Part shown: piece by piece, positions 42,843 through 54,667 of the stretch | Numbering within the stretch: position 1 is the stretch's first letter | Layout of the letters: every line of letters starts with the position of its first letter | Origin: an uncultured Planctomycetota bacterium | GTDB lineage: Bacteria; Planctomycetota; Planctomycetia; Isosphaerales; Isosphaeraceae | Assembly (NCBI GenBank): GCA_963845755.1 | Contig: CAWJTV010000029.1 | Location: forward strand, 384,001-448,000 | DNA length: 64,000 nucleotides | Reading direction: 5' to 3' | Made by a program: the position numbers and the translations under genes | Notes under the pieces: generated by a model | Databases searched by the model: none | Told to the model about the DNA's origin: nothing | The model's input: only the letters and a program-made list of their open reading frames with translations

Positions 42843-43577
42843 TCACCGTGCGGCACGATGATTCAGGTGGAAATCGACGACCAGCGGCAAGTGGTCGGAG
42901 GCATCGCGTGCCAGCCGCGACCGGACGATCCGGGCGTGCCTGACTTCCACCGGGCCACGGACGAAGGCTTTGTCGAGCGAGGCGACCGGCAGATAGGCCG
43001 GGAATGAACGGAACCGGGAGCGCGGCGTGGTCACCTGCGCGAAGCCATGGCGCAAGAACGGCCCCTTTCCCAGCGTATTGAGCCAGTCGTTGAAGTCGCC
43101 GACGATCAAGGTCGGCAAGTGGGCCGATTCGCCGAACATCGCATGCTCGAGCAGATGCCGGACTTGCCAGTGCCGTTCGCGCTCGGCCAGGCCGAGGTGC
43201 CAGTGCACCAGGTGGATGGGGCCCTCCGGAGTTTCCACAACCGCCATCTGCGCGCCGCGAGGCTTCCGTCTCTTGAGGCGGAGCGAGACATGGTGGTGGC
43301 GGTGGATCGGCCAGCGCGACAGGACCAGGTTCCCGTAGCCGCCCGACTTGTGCCGCACGTTGAGCTGGAAGAGATGGGCCGCCGCGTGGAACGCCTCGGT
43401 GAGCTTCCGGGGCTGGTCGTCGTGCCGCGTTCGCCGCACGTGGCGGTCCACCTCCTGGAGGCAGATGAGGTCCGGGTTCTCCTCCTCGATGACCCGGATC
43501 ACCCGCTCGAGGCGATAGCGGCGATCCCGGCCGCCGATTCCTTTGTGGATGTTATAACTCAACAGTCGCATGATCAC
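42843..43577 (-). CDS. Endonuclease/exonuclease/phosphatase family protein
   Basis: SYNIHKG, LQEVD, GDFND, SDHLP. Confidence 0.93.
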   Translation of the reverse strand: MIMRLLSYNIHKGIGGRDRRYRLERVIRVIEEENPDLICLQEVDRHVRRTRHDDQPRKLTEAFHAAAHLFQLNVRHKSGGYGNLVLSRWPIHRHHHVSLRLKRRKPRGAQMAVVETPEGPIHLVHWHLGLAERERHWQVRHLLEHAMFGESAHLPTLIVGDFNDWLNTLGKGPFLRHGFAQVTTPRSRFRSFPAYLPVASLDKAFVRGPVEVRHARIVRSRLARDASDHLPLVVDFHLNHRAAR

Positions 43578-44314
43578 CTATCTTTGGACCCTTCGGACTC
43601 GTCGCTGGTGGACGTTCTTGGTGTTTCGGACACGGGCCGACCTTCCTCGATTACGACTGACGGCTCGGACTCGGACCAGGCCACGTGATCATCGAGCTCC
43701 GCGGCGGCTCCGTCGAGTGCGGCGTGCTTGGCCTTACCCACGTCATCGCGCTCGATCGGCCGATCGAGCGAGGGCAGGGAATAGAGGTCGATCACGACTC
43801 GCCCCGCACGCACGCGGCGAATCCCCCAGACGATCAACGCGTGGTGGATCGCCCGGTAGAGGAACCAGTAGCCGATCACGTTGGGGCCTGGCAGGATCGC
43901 GAACAGCACGGTGAATGGCGCGATCACCCCATTGAGGCTCATCCAGAGAAGACTGCGCCACCATCGATGGTTCAGGTAATTGGCCCAGAGGGCGCGGACC
44001 TCGGCGGCGGTGCGCGAGGCGGGATGATGCAGGTCGATGCGGCGCGCCGACCGCAACCGCACGAGCATCGATTCGTCGGGATGGGACCAGGAATGCAGCC
44101 AGTCCCAGGCCCGGCGCGTCCCTCGGGTGATGCGAGAATCCGAATGGTCCCAGGCCGACTTGATCTTGTGGTAGCGGTCCTGGAGCCGGCCCCAGAGCCC
44201 ACCGGCCGGTGGAACTGCTGGCTCGGAAGAGTCCTCTTCTTCGCGCGCCGACTCCGACGCGTCCGCGTAGAAGAAGAACCGGCGGTTGTCGATCGACAGC
44301 AGGTAGACCTTCAC
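43574..44314 (-). CDS. Hypothetical membrane protein
   Basis: 246 aa with hydrophobic LPGPNV segment; overlaps the next gene start. Confidence 0.75.
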   Translation of the reverse strand: MKVYLLSIDNRRFFFYADASESAREEEDSSEPAVPPAGGLWGRLQDRYHKIKSAWDHSDSRITRGTRRAWDWLHSWSHPDESMLVRLRSARRIDLHHPASRTAAEVRALWANYLNHRWWRSLLWMSLNGVIAPFTVLFAILPGPNVIGYWFLYRAIHHALIVWGIRRVRAGRVVIDLYSLPSLDRPIERDDVGKAKHAALDGAAAELDDHVAWSESEPSVVIEEGRPVSETPRTSTSDESEGSKDR

Positions 44315-44457
44315 AACGCGATCCTATCTCCGCCGATATCGAACCGACCGGCACACGATATCCCCATCTGCTCCGGCGTAGCGCCGTGCAATGCATCCCA
44401 AGGTATCGTGCCATTCTAACACGCTACTTGGAAACCAATCGAGATACCATCCTCGCC

Positions 44458-46022
44458 TCAACCGCGTCGCAAGGCTCGTCCGGGCGTGGCCCCGGTGGGC
44501 TCGCCGTCCACCAGAACGGGCGTCCCATTGACGAGGACGTGATCCACCCCGTCGGCGAGCGTCCGGCCGGCGGCGTAGGTCGAGCGGTCAATCACGGTGC
44601 CGGGGTCGAACACGGCGATGTCGGCGACAAAGCCAGGCCGGATGATCCCACGATCGGTCAGTCGGAACCGGCGCGCGGCGTGTGCGGCCAGATGGGTCAC
44701 GGCCTCGGGCCAGGAATAATCGCCAAGCTGCCGGGTGTGATAGCCCAGGTAGCGCGGCGAAGGCTCCCCAACCGCGCGGGTGGGGGAAGCCGCCGCGGAA
44801 GATGCCGTCGGAGCCCGCCATGTGCGCCGGGTGACGCAGGATCGCGCGGACGTCGGCCTCGGTCCGATCGCCCGGGCGAAACCCCACGATGCCCACGGCC
44901 ATCCCCGAGACGGAGAGGATCTCGCAGACGAAGTCGCCCGGATGCATCTTTGCCGTCTCGGCCGCCGCGATGACGGTCTGCCCCTCCGCCCATCGCCAGT
45001 CGGGATTCGCGACCATCGCGATCGTGATCTTGTCCAGGGGATAAGGCGTCGGGCCCGAGAACCACTCGGACCGCAGCCGGGCGCGGACCGCCGGGTCGCT
45101 CAATCGTTCGACGGTCGCCTCGATCCCGCCTTCCTGGACCCAGCCCGGCAGCGCCACCATTCCGAGGATCGTGCTCCCCGCCAGATAGGGATAAGTGTCG
45201 TACGTGAGGTCGAGTCCGAGTGTTCGACCCTCATCGATCAGCGGAAGTAAGAGGTCGGCCGGGCCGTTGTAGTGCGAGACATGGGCCGGCACGCCCGAGG
45301 ATCTGGCGATCTCGTAGACCTCGCGCATGCCGACGACTGCGTTCGGACCGTAGCCCCGCATGTGGGTGACGTACACGCCGTTCTCGGCGACGATCGGCTC
45401 GCAGAGCGCGGCGATCTCCCGGGCGTCGGCGTAGAGGCTCGGAATGTAATCCAGTCCCGTAGATAGCCCGACCGCCCCGGCGTCCATCCCCTCGCGGACG
45501 AGCTTCTGCATCGCCTTAACTTCATCCTCGGTCGCCGGGCGAGGATCGAGCCCCATCACCTCCATGCGGACGTTGCCGTTCGGGATGAGATAAGCGACGT
45601 TGATCGCGGTCGACCGGTCGAAGCGGGCCAGGTACTCGTTGACCGTCCGCCAGTTATAGTCCAGGCCGGTGGGATTGCCGTTGAAGCCGGCCGTATAACG
45701 CCGCATGTAGTCGAGCGTACCCGGCGAGGCCGGGGCGAACGAGCTGCCGTCCTGGCCGATCAGATAGGTGGTGACTCCCTGGCGCAGGGCGGGAAGGTGA
45801 ATCGGGTCCGCCAGGAGCATGAGGTCGCCGTGGACATGCGCGTCGATGAAACCGGGGACGACGTCAGCGCCCGGTTGCGTCCAGGACGCGCGCGGATTCG
45901 GCCTCATCGAGCCGGCCCACATCGGCGATCATCGATTCCAGAATGGCAACGTCGGCCCGATATGGCGGCCCGCCGGAGCCGTCGATGACCCAGCCCCCCT
46001 TGATGATCAAATCGAAGATCAT
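44458..46022 (-). CDS. N-acyl-D-amino-acid deacylase (amidohydrolase; frameshifted)
   Basis: FDLIIKGGWVIDGSG, PGFIDAHVH, GSDG, HPRGWG. Confidence 0.92.
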
Positions 46023-46209
46023 GGCGTGTTCTGAGGCTCCTGTTGTTTCAAGGTTGGAGTTCCTGGCATGGCGGGCAGATTTTCGAGAGAGATCATAACC
46101 ACGGAAAGCACCGAAAGTCACGGAAGAGGAAAAACGAGACTCCTTGCTCAAGACCATCATCAGTTCGACGTTAACCCTGCCAAAGCAGGGGCGTCGTCGC
46201 GGTTTACCC

Positions 46210-46328
46210 CTCGTTCCCACGCTCGGCGTGGGAATGCCGTCCGGGACGCTCCGCGTCCTCAGGCGGGGCCGCAGGCCGCGACGCCGAGCGTCGAAGACGG
46301 CATTCCCACGCGGGAGCGTGGGAACGAG
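46210..46328. repeat. REP-like long inverted repeat
   Basis: CTCGTTCCCACGCTC...GAGCGTGGGAACGAG. Confidence 0.8.
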
Positions 46329-46362
46329 TTTGGGTCGGCTTTGCGGCTCGGGCTCGCTGGGC

Positions 46363-47094
46363 TCAACGCACCCGCTTGAGGCGCGGGGACGGTGTTCGTT
46401 CCTCGACGTCGACCACGGTCGTGGTCTCAGGCGTATCGGCGCCCTTCCAGAGATACCAACTGGCGATGCTGCGCCACGGCCGCCAGTGCTCGGCCAGCGC
46501 GAAGCAGTCCTTGGGCTTGGGAACCTCGGCCAATCCGTGGCGTCTCTTGATCCCGACGCGCACGCCCATATCACCGACGGGCAGCACATCGGGCCGATTG
46601 AGCGCGAAGATCAGGAACATCTCGGCGGTCCAGACGCCGATCCCCTTGATGGTGGTGAGCGTCTGGATGATCCGCGCGTCCTCCCACGAATCATCGATCG
46701 CATCGAGCGGAACCGAACTGGAGTGGACTGCCTCCGCCAGGTTGAGTACATACCGCGCCTTGGCCGCCGATAAGCCGACGGAGCGCAGGTTCGATTCCCC
46801 CAGCGCCATCAACCGCTGAGGATGGTGCGGCTCGCCGCCGATGGCGATCAGCCGTTGGCGGATCGACGCGGCGGCCTTCGTCGAGATCTGCTGACTGATG
46901 ATCGAATTGACGAGCGTCCCGAACCGATCCGCTCGCGGCTCCAGTCGGCAGGGACCGATCCGGTCGATGATCGCGCGCAGGTGGGGGTCCGCCTTGCGGA
47001 GATGCCGCACGGCCGCGGCCCAGCGGTTGTGAGATTGCCGCGGAGCTTTCGAAATGCGGTTTTTTTGTGTCGAACGGGGACCGTATGTGTCCAT
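46363..47094 (-). CDS. alkA: DNA-3-methyladenine glycosylase II
   Basis: IISQQIS, IKGIGVWTAEMFLIF, DVLPVGD, WRPWRS. Confidence 0.9.
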   Translation of the reverse strand: MDTYGPRSTQKNRISKAPRQSHNRWAAAVRHLRKADPHLRAIIDRIGPCRLEPRADRFGTLVNSIISQQISTKAAASIRQRLIAIGGEPHHPQRLMALGESNLRSVGLSAAKARYVLNLAEAVHSSSVPLDAIDDSWEDARIIQTLTTIKGIGVWTAEMFLIFALNRPDVLPVGDMGVRVGIKRRHGLAEVPKPKDCFALAEHWRPWRSIASWYLWKGADTPETTTVVDVEERTPSPRLKRVR

Positions 47095-47113
47095 GGTCCA
47101 GAATCTCCCTGAA

Positions 47114-47341
47114 TCACCCACGTTTCCTGGATGAGGCTAACTGTGAGGCGCGCATCTGTCGGGCCCGCGATTGCTTCAAGGCCTTGGCGGCATCGCGTGC
47201 GTTCGCGAATGCCTCTTCGAGGGTGTCCGCTTCCGTGATCAACTCTGGGTTGAGGGGCGACGTCACGATCTAGCCGCCTTCCTCCGCCTCGTCGAGGTTC
47301 AGCACCAATTGGCCATCGCTGACCGTGTAACGCCTGCTCAT
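47114..47341 (-). pseudogene. HicB-like antitoxin with in-frame TAG
   Basis: MSRRYTVSDGQLVLNLDEAEEGG*IVTSPLNPELITEADTLEEAFANARDA; TAG at 47270-47272. Confidence 0.7.
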
Positions 47342-47343
47342 GG

Positions 47344-48024
47344 CTAGCTCCTAATTGGAGAGCCGTTACTGTTTTTTCGGTTGTGCCTCGGGCGCCGAAC
47401 CTCACTTCCATAGCGCAACGCCGCGACCTCCCGCCGGAGCTCCAGGATCTCCGCACGCAGGAGCGAGAGGTTGTCCAGGATGAGTGCCGAAGGGCCGCCA
47501 CGTTCCTCGTCTCCATCGCAGGAAATGACGACGAGTCCGTCGAGTGTCACCCGGTAGGTCATCCCGATTTGCTTGAGCATCAGCCGCAGAGACGTGGCCA
47601 GTGGCACGCCTTCCTGGTCCCACGCGACCGGCGATTTCTTCGTACGCTCGCATTCCTGCAATGCGACGGGATCGACGTAAATCGGGACGACTGGTTCGCC
47701 CTTCTCTTTCCCCCGGAGCGCCGCGCGAACGGATTTCAGCACGTCCTCCAGCGCGGTCTCCTTCGGAAAGGTGACCGAGGGGGTCTGGAGGAGCTTCAAC
47801 CATGTGCGGGCTTCCTGGACAGTCCTGACTGGGGTCTCCAGGTGGACCACAGGCAGGTGCTCCAGCTCCTCACCCGGCCGGGGGAAGGTGAAGATGCCGG
47901 ACTTGATCTGGGCTGCGAGCTTGAACCCTCCGGACTCAGCTCGATCGGCAGTAGATGCCCACACGAGGGTTACGAGTAAGGCAAGGGTGATGCCGGCCAG
48001 TCGGGGACGCGGCAGGTGGCACAT
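47344..48024 (-). CDS. Secreted hypothetical protein with STN-like domain
   Basis: Signal-like N-terminus; FPKETALEDVL...IYVDPVAL...GVPLATSLRLML. Confidence 0.65.
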   Translation of the reverse strand: MCHLPRPRLAGITLALLVTLVWASTADRAESGGFKLAAQIKSGIFTFPRPGEELEHLPVVHLETPVRTVQEARTWLKLLQTPSVTFPKETALEDVLKSVRAALRGKEKGEPVVPIYVDPVALQECERTKKSPVAWDQEGVPLATSLRLMLKQIGMTYRVTLDGLVVISCDGDEERGGPSALILDNLSLLRAEILELRREVAALRYGSEVRRPRHNRKNSNGSPIRS

Positions 48025-48257
48025 TGAAAGTTCCTCCGGATATGCGAATGCCAGGTAGCGGATTGCGTCGTCTTCCACTCTGATCATGACCACGTCATGA
48101 TGGTTGATCAGCGCGTAAACAGGGGTTTCTGATCGGGTCTTTACGCTCCCGGTCTGAGGTGAGTCCTCAAACGACGGATCGAAGATCGCTGCTTCCAACC
48201 CGATACCCTCGGGCGTCCGGAGATCGATGTCGCCTTGGATCGGCGGACTCTCACGCC

Positions 48258-49136
48258 TCAGGGAATGATCTTGTTCAACGGATACTCGACGATCCCGCAG
48301 GCCCCAGCCTCCTTGAGGCGTGGGATCAACTCCCGGACCCTCGCCTCGTCGAGGATCGTGTTAACGGCGACCCACTCGCCATCGGCGAGCGTGGAGATCG
48401 TCGGGGTCTGGAGCGCGGGGAGCAGCCCGAGGACCGCTTTCAGGTGGTCCTGCCGGACGTTCATCATCAGGCCGACCTGACCCTCGGCGTTGATGGCACC
48501 TCGGAGCATGAGGAAGATGTCGTCCATCTTCCGCTTCAGCCAGGGGTCGGCGTTGGCCTGGCGATTGGTGATGAACCGCGTGGTGCTCTGGAGCAGGTCG
48601 CAGACGATCCGCAGGTTGTTCGCCCGCAGCGAGTTGCCGGTCTCGGTCACCTCGACGATGGCGTCGGCCAGGAGCGGCGGCTTGACCTCGGTCGCGCCCC
48701 AACTGAACTCGACGTGCGCCGCGACCCCGTGCTCGGCCAGCCAGCGGTTCGTAAGGTTGACGACCTCGGTGGCGATCCGCTTCCCCTCCAGATCCTTGAC
48801 CGACTGGATCGGGGAGTCGGCCGGTACGGCCAGCACCCAGCGGACCGGCCGTCGGCTGGCCTTGCTGAGGACCAGCTCGCCCAGCTCGATCACGTCGGCC
48901 CCGCTCTCGACGATCCAGTCATACCCGGTCAGGCCGCAGTCGAGCACGCCGTCGTCGACGTAGCGCGCGATTTCCTGGGCGCGGAGCAGGGTGCACGAGA
49001 TCTCTGGATCGTCGATCTGCGGGTAGTAGCTCCGCGACGTCTGGCTGATGGAATAGCCGGCTTTCCGGAAAAGTTCCATCGTGGCCTGCTGGAGACTGCC
49101 GGAGGGGAGTCCGAGCCTGAGTCGTTTCTCGGTCAT
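48258..49136 (-). CDS. hisG: ATP phosphoribosyltransferase (long form)
   Basis: [29 protein letters not shown]-terminal regulatory domain. Confidence 0.96.
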   Translation of the reverse strand: MTEKRLRLGLPSGSLQQATMELFRKAGYSISQTSRSYYPQIDDPEISCTLLRAQEIARYVDDGVLDCGLTGYDWIVESGADVIELGELVLSKASRRPVRWVLAVPADSPIQSVKDLEGKRIATEVVNLTNRWLAEHGVAAHVEFSWGATEVKPPLLADAIVEVTETGNSLRANNLRIVCDLLQSTTRFITNRQANADPWLKRKMDDIFLMLRGAINAEGQVGLMMNVRQDHLKAVLGLLPALQTPTISTLADGEWVAVNTILDEARVRELIPRLKEAGACGIVEYPLNKIIP

Positions 49137-49137
49137 C

Positions 49138-49542
49138 TCAAGACTTCCCATAAACCTCATTTGGATCGAATACGCGCTGGCCGACGATGCGCACGTCTTC
49201 CCCGTCGAGCTCGCGGAAGAAACAACTCTTGTAGCCCTCGTGGCAGGCCGCCCCGCCGCGCTGGTAGACCTTCAGGAGCACCGTGTCGGCGTCGCAGTCG
49301 ACATAGATCGCTTCGACGTCCTGAACGTGGCCGCTCTCCTCGCCCTTGCGCCACAAGCGGTTTCGGCTGCGGCTGTAGTAGCACGCCCGCCGCGTCCGGA
49401 GGGTCTCCTCGAACGCTTCCTCATTCATCCAGGCGAGCATCAAGACTTCGCCGGTCTCCACGTCCTGGGCGATCGCGGGGACCATCCCGTTGAGCTTCTC
49501 GAAGTTCGGCTGCAATTCCAGGGGCTCCTGCACGTAGGTCAA
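49138..49542 (-). CDS. hisI: Phosphoribosyl-AMP cyclohydrolase
   Basis: [25 protein letters not shown]. Confidence 0.96.
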   Translation of the reverse strand: MTYVQEPLELQPNFEKLNGMVPAIAQDVETGEVLMLAWMNEEAFEETLRTRRACYYSRSRNRLWRKGEESGHVQDVEAIYVDCDADTVLLKVYQRGGAACHEGYKSCFFRELDGEDVRIVGQRVFDPNEVYGKS

Positions 49543-49865
49543 GCTTTCCAGCGCTGACAGGACCGGACGTCAGGCGGGAAAGCCTGTCCTGCGATCTTGA
49601 CAGTGTCGTTTCACCATGATGGTACTCGGTGCCCTCGACAATGACCAGATTGCTCGATCGATCGGCCCGGCCCGAAGGAATACCGCTCGGCTCCACGACG
49701 GAATTCGGGGAAAAAACTCTTGCAATCGCCTCGTGCCAAGCCCTTATGATGGCTTGTGACGGGTGTCCAAGGCTCCGCGGGCCGACGACGACCATCGCGA
49801 ATCGGCCAGAGCCAGTCGTACCACCTCGCCTCGTCGCGTCACCTTCTCTACTGGGCCACATCGCC

Positions 49866-50927
49866 ATGAGCATCCTGGAACACAAGCACGGTCAGGAGCG
49901 CGGGTCCGGGGCGATCCCCGCCGAAACGCTGGAATTCATCCGGAAGGTGCGCGAGCGCGTGGGGACGGTGGTGGTCGGCCAGGACGTCGTGGTCGAGCGG
50001 CTGCTGGTCGCGCTGTTCACCGGGGGCCACCTCTTGCTCCAGGGCGTGCCCGGCCTGGCCAAGACCCTCCTGGTCGCGGCGCTCTCGAAGACGATCGACC
50101 TCCAGTTCGCCCGCATCCAGTTCACCGTCGACCTGCTCCCCTCGGACATCATCGGCTCGGAGATCCTCGACCAGCGGACCAACGACTTCCGCGTCCACAA
50201 GGGGCCGATCTTCACGAACCTGCTGCTGGCCGACGAGATCAACCGCGCCGCACCCAAGGTCCAGAGCGCCTTGCTGGAGGCCATGCAGGAGCGTCGCGTG
50301 ACCATCGGCAACGAGACCTTCAAGCTCCCCGCGCCGTTCCTGGTGATCGCCACGCAGAACCCGATCGAGCAGAGCGGCACGTTCGAATTGCCCGAGGCCC
50401 AGCTCGATCGGTTCATGCTCTGCCACCGCCTGGATTACCCCGACCGGACCGAGGAGAAGGAGATCCTGATCCGCAACGCCGCGCTGGGCGTCCGCCGCGA
50501 GGATCGCGGGGCCGTCGCCAAGACCGAGTTCGACGTCCTGGAAGGCAGGCCGGTCGCCACGACCGAGGACCTCGTCCGCGCCATGGAGGCCGTGCACGAA
50601 GTCTATGTCAGCGACACGTTCATGGATCACGTCATCGAGATCGTCACCCGGACGCGAAACCATCCCAGGATCGAGTTGGGATCCAGCCCGCGCGCGGGCA
50701 TCGCGCTGATCAAAGGCTCGCGGGCCAGGGCCCTGATCCACGGCCGAACCTACGTCATCCCCGAGGACCTCTTCGCCCTGGCCGATGACGTGATCCTCCA
50801 CCGCATCCGGCTGACCTACGAGGCGCTCGCCGATGGACTGACCGGCGCCGAGATTCTCAAGGAGATCATCGGTCCATTCGGCCCGACCGCGAGAACCAGG
50901 GTATTGAGCAACGGTCGAGCCCGATGA
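49866..50927 (+). CDS. moxR: MoxR-family AAA+ ATPase
   Basis: GVPGLAKT, RIQFTVDLLPSD, ADEINRA, ATQNPIE. Confidence 0.95.
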   Translation: MSILEHKHGQERGSGAIPAETLEFIRKVRERVGTVVVGQDVVVERLLVALFTGGHLLLQGVPGLAKTLLVAALSKTIDLQFARIQFTVDLLPSDIIGSEILDQRTNDFRVHKGPIFTNLLLADEINRAAPKVQSALLEAMQERRVTIGNETFKLPAPFLVIATQNPIEQSGTFELPEAQLDRFMLCHRLDYPDRTEEKEILIRNAALGVRREDRGAVAKTEFDVLEGRPVATTEDLVRAMEAVHEVYVSDTFMDHVIEIVTRTRNHPRIELGSSPRAGIALIKGSRARALIHGRTYVIPEDLFALADDVILHRIRLTYEALADGLTGAEILKEIIGPFGPTARTRVLSNGRAR

Positions 50928-50987
50928 TCGGGACCGCTTCCTTCGAGGCCAGGTCGAACAACACCGACATCCCGACGAGGATCCGCT

Positions 50988-51847
50988 GTGGAAGGCCGAA
51001 TTCAAACTCACGACGTCCTCGACTCGCGGCAGTTCTACCTGGCCGTGAAGAAGCTGGCCGACAGCTTGAGCTACGGGACCGACCATTCGCCATTCCTGGG
51101 CTCGGGGGTCGAATACGTCCAGTCGCGGCCCTATCAATACGGCGATCCGATCAAGTTGATCGACTGGCGGGTCACGGCGCGAACCCGCAGGGTGCACGTC
51201 AAGGAATACGAGGCACCGAAGCGCATGCCCGTCTACCTGCTGGTGGATACCTCGGCATCGATGACGATCAGCTCGCACCATCCGAGCAAGTACGAGACGG
51301 CGGTGTTCCTGGCCGGCGGGCTGGCACTGGCCTGCCTGGACCGGATCAGCCCGGTCGGGATGCTGGGCGTGGGCGGCCAGAACCTGCACGTGCGGCCCAG
51401 CTTGTCGAAGGACCAGATCCTCCAGTGGCTGTACCGACTGAGGACGTACCGTTACGACGAGCCCACATCACTAGGCGACCGGCTCTTCGAGCTGATGCCC
51501 AGCCTGTCGCAACGCGTGCTGGCGATCGTCCTGTCGGACCTGCACGATCCCCGGGCGGTCCCGGCGCTGAAACGGCTGGCCCAGCAGCATGACTGCGCCG
51601 TGCTCCAGTTGCGCGATCCGGCCGAGGATCGGCTCCGCGGCGTCGGGTTCGTCCGGCGCGCGAGGCGGAGACCGGCCGGCCGTTCGTCCTCCGCAGCCGG
51701 CTTCGGGGCTTCGAGCCGGGACGTCTCGAGGACGAGCTGAAACGGGCCGGCGTCGACTACCTGCTGATCCCCACCGATCGGCCGTACGTGTCGCGAGTCC
51801 GCCAGTTCTTCAAGCTCCGCAACCTGCTGGGACGAGGAGCCCGCTAG
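50988..51847 (+). CDS. DUF58 protein (frameshifted)
   Basis: [29 protein letters not shown]. Confidence 0.9.
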
Positions 51848-51849
51848 CC

Positions 51850-52731
51850 ATGCGACGATCGACGCATGATCTCCCGGGTCGAGTCTCGCTCGTGCTGGCC
51901 CTGCTCGCCGGCCAGACGGCGCGGGGACAAGACGCGCCGCCGCGCGCGACGTCCACCGTCGGCATGCCGGCGCGGATCGACCAGCTCGTCCTGCCCGGTC
52001 CGGAGCTCGAGGCCCGGCCGATCGAGGACCGCCGCACACCGGTCGTCGTCCGGATCGTGGCCGCCTATCCTCACGGGTCGGCGTTCCGCTATGACCTCGT
52101 TTACTACGGCCTGGAGCCGGGCCGGTACGACTTGAAGGATTACCTGCGCCGCAAGGACGGATCGCCGACGAAGGACCTGCCCGCGATCCCGGTCGCGGTC
52201 GAGCCGGTGCTGCCTCCCGGTCAGATCGAGCCGCACCCGGTGACTCTGGAGCGCTCGCCGTTCCTGGGGGGTTATCGGCTGGTCGTCCTGCTCGCGGGAA
52301 TCGCCTGGTCCGTCGGCCTGCTTGCGATCCTGCTCCTGGGCCGGCGCAGGCGTTCCGGAGCCCCGGCCTTCGCGAGCCGACCCGTAACGCTGGCCGATCG
52401 CCTCCGGCCTCTGGTCAACGCGGCAATGGCCGGCAACCTCAGCGGTGGCCAGCATGCCGAGCTCGAACGGCTCCTGATCGGCTACTGGCGCAGGCGGCTC
52501 AAGCTGGAACAGGTCGCGCCGGCCCGATTCATGGCGGTTCTCCGCGATCATAACGAGGCCGGCCCCCTGCTCCGCCAGCTCGAAGACTGGCTGCACCGGC
52601 CTGCCGGGACCGCCGGACCCGTCGACGTCGCCGCCCTGCTCCGGCCCTATCAATCCATTCCCGCCGATGCGGACAAGGAGGAAGAACTCGTGACGCCGGC
52701 CATTTCCCCCATGTCGGAGCGGCACTCATGA
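51850..52731 (+). CDS. Exported protein with single C-terminal transmembrane helix
   Basis: Signal peptide ...ARGQ; TM VVLLAGIAWSVGLLAILLL; operon position. Confidence 0.75.
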   Translation: MRRSTHDLPGRVSLVLALLAGQTARGQDAPPRATSTVGMPARIDQLVLPGPELEARPIEDRRTPVVVRIVAAYPHGSAFRYDLVYYGLEPGRYDLKDYLRRKDGSPTKDLPAIPVAVEPVLPPGQIEPHPVTLERSPFLGGYRLVVLLAGIAWSVGLLAILLLGRRRRSGAPAFASRPVTLADRLRPLVNAAMAGNLSGGQHAELERLLIGYWRRRLKLEQVAPARFMAVLRDHNEAGPLLRQLEDWLHRPAGTAGPVDVAALLRPYQSIPADADKEEELVTPAISPMSERHS

Positions 52732-53641
52732 GCTTCGCCTATCCGGCCGTGCTGGTCTTGCTGATCGTCCCCGTGGCGCTGATCGCCTGGATCTGGCGAC
52801 GGACCAGCGGGCGCGTCGCCCTGCCGATGGACCACGGCGGCCAATCCTCGGGCCGGGCGTGGGCGATTGGCCTGGCCCTGGCCGAATCGGTCCCCGCCCT
52901 GATCCTGGCGGCCGTGATCGTGATCCTGGCCGGCCCGCAGCAATTGACGCCCCCCGGACCAAGCGGGTGCTCACCAACATCGAGCTTTGCGTCGACATCT
53001 CCAGCAGCATGATCAGCCCGCTCGGGGAGGGTACGCGCTACGACGCCTCGATGAAGGCGATCGATCACTTCCTCGAGATCCGCAAGGGCGATGCCTTCGG
53101 CCTGACCTTCTTCGCCAACAATGTGCTGCACTGGGTCCCGTTGACCGGCGACCCTTCGGCGATTCGCTGCGCACCGCCGTTCATGAAGCCGGAGAACGCC
53201 CCCTACTGGATGACGGGCACGATGATCGGCAAGACACTCATGGCCTGCAAGGAGATCCTGGCATCCCGCGAGGAGGGGGACCGCATGATCATCCTGGTCT
53301 CCGACGGCGAGAGCGCCGACTTGTTCGGAGGCAAGGACGCGGAGATCGCGCAAGCCCTCAAGAAGGACAACATCGCCGTCTACGCGATTCATATTTCGGA
53401 TCGGAACGTTCCGGAGGAGATCGCGAATATCACGGCGATGACCGGCGGCGAGGTCTTTCCGGTGGACGATCCCGAGGCGCTCAAGGCGGTCTTCCAGCGG
53501 ATCGACGCCATGCGGGAGACGAAGCTGGAGAAGACCGCCTCGGAGCTGCTGGACGACTTCGGGCCGGCCTGTATCGCGGGCCTGTCGCTCTTGACGCTTT
53601 CCGGATGTGCCCTGTTCGGCCTGAGGTACACGCCATGGTGA
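52728..53641 (+). CDS. VWA protein (BatA-like; one frameshift)
   Basis: MSFAYP TM; MIDAS DISSSM; SDGE. Confidence 0.88.
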
Positions 53642-54667
53642 TGCATGCCGAACTGGCCGCCGTGGCCGTGGCGATCCTGGCGGCCGCGGCCGAGGTCCTG
53701 CACGCTGCGCGTTGTCGTCGGCTGGCCCGACTGGCCTTCGGGCCGGCGCTGGGGCCGGCACCCTGGGCGCGGACCGCGCCGATGCTGCGCATCGCGTCCT
53801 TCGCCGCGCTCGCCTGGGGGCTGATCACCCTGGTCGAGCTGCCCCCAAAGGTCCACGCGGCCCAGGCCGTGCCCGACAACCAGCGCCGGCATGTCCTCAT
53901 CGTGCTCGACGTCTCGCCGAGTATGCGCCTCAAGGACGCCGGCCCCAACGCCGATCAGACTCGGATGAAGCGGGTCAGCGTGGTGATGGATTCGTTCCTC
54001 CAGCGGGTCCCGGTCGAGCTCTACAAGCTGAGCGTCGTCGCCTGCTATAACGGCGCCAAGCCGGTGGTCGTCGAACACCAAGGACCTCGAAGTCGTGCGT
54101 AACATCTTCGGCGACCTGCCCATGCACTACGCCTTCGCGGCCGGCAAGACCGACCTGTTCTCCGGACTGACAGAGGCGGCCAAGATCGCCCATCCCTGGC
54201 AGCCCAGGAGTACGCTTCTGCTAATGCTCTCCGACGGCGACACCGTTCCCTCGACCGGGATGCCCAAGATGCCGGCCTCGATCGCGGACGTCCTGATCGT
54301 GGGCGTCGGCGACCCGCGCCAGGGCTCGTTCATCGACGGCCGGATGTCACGCCAGGACGCCTCGACCTTGCGGCAGATCGCCGTCCGCCTCGGCGGCATC
54401 TATCACGACGGCAACACCAAGCACATCCCCACCGCGACTCTCAATCAGTTGACCGTCATCCCCCGCAAGAGTGCGTTCGAGAAGCTCACCCGGCGCGAGT
54501 ACGCACTGATCGCCTGCGGGCTCGGGGCCGCGATCCTGGCGTTCTTGCCGGTGCTCCTGCATCGCTTCGGAACCAGATGGCGGCCCGGTGTGCGCGTCGC
54601 TGCAACGACCGGACGATTGGGACATGGTGCCACTCTCGGCTCACCGGCCATTGCCCTGAGGGAATAG
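53641..54667 (+). CDS. VWA protein (BatB-like; one frameshift)
   Basis: MIDAS DVSPSM; SDGD; VGVG. Confidence 0.85.

Noticed and set aside
47270..47272. Pyrrolysine or stop readthrough in the HicB-like gene
   Set aside because: No pyl machinery seen; simple nonsense change is more parsimonious
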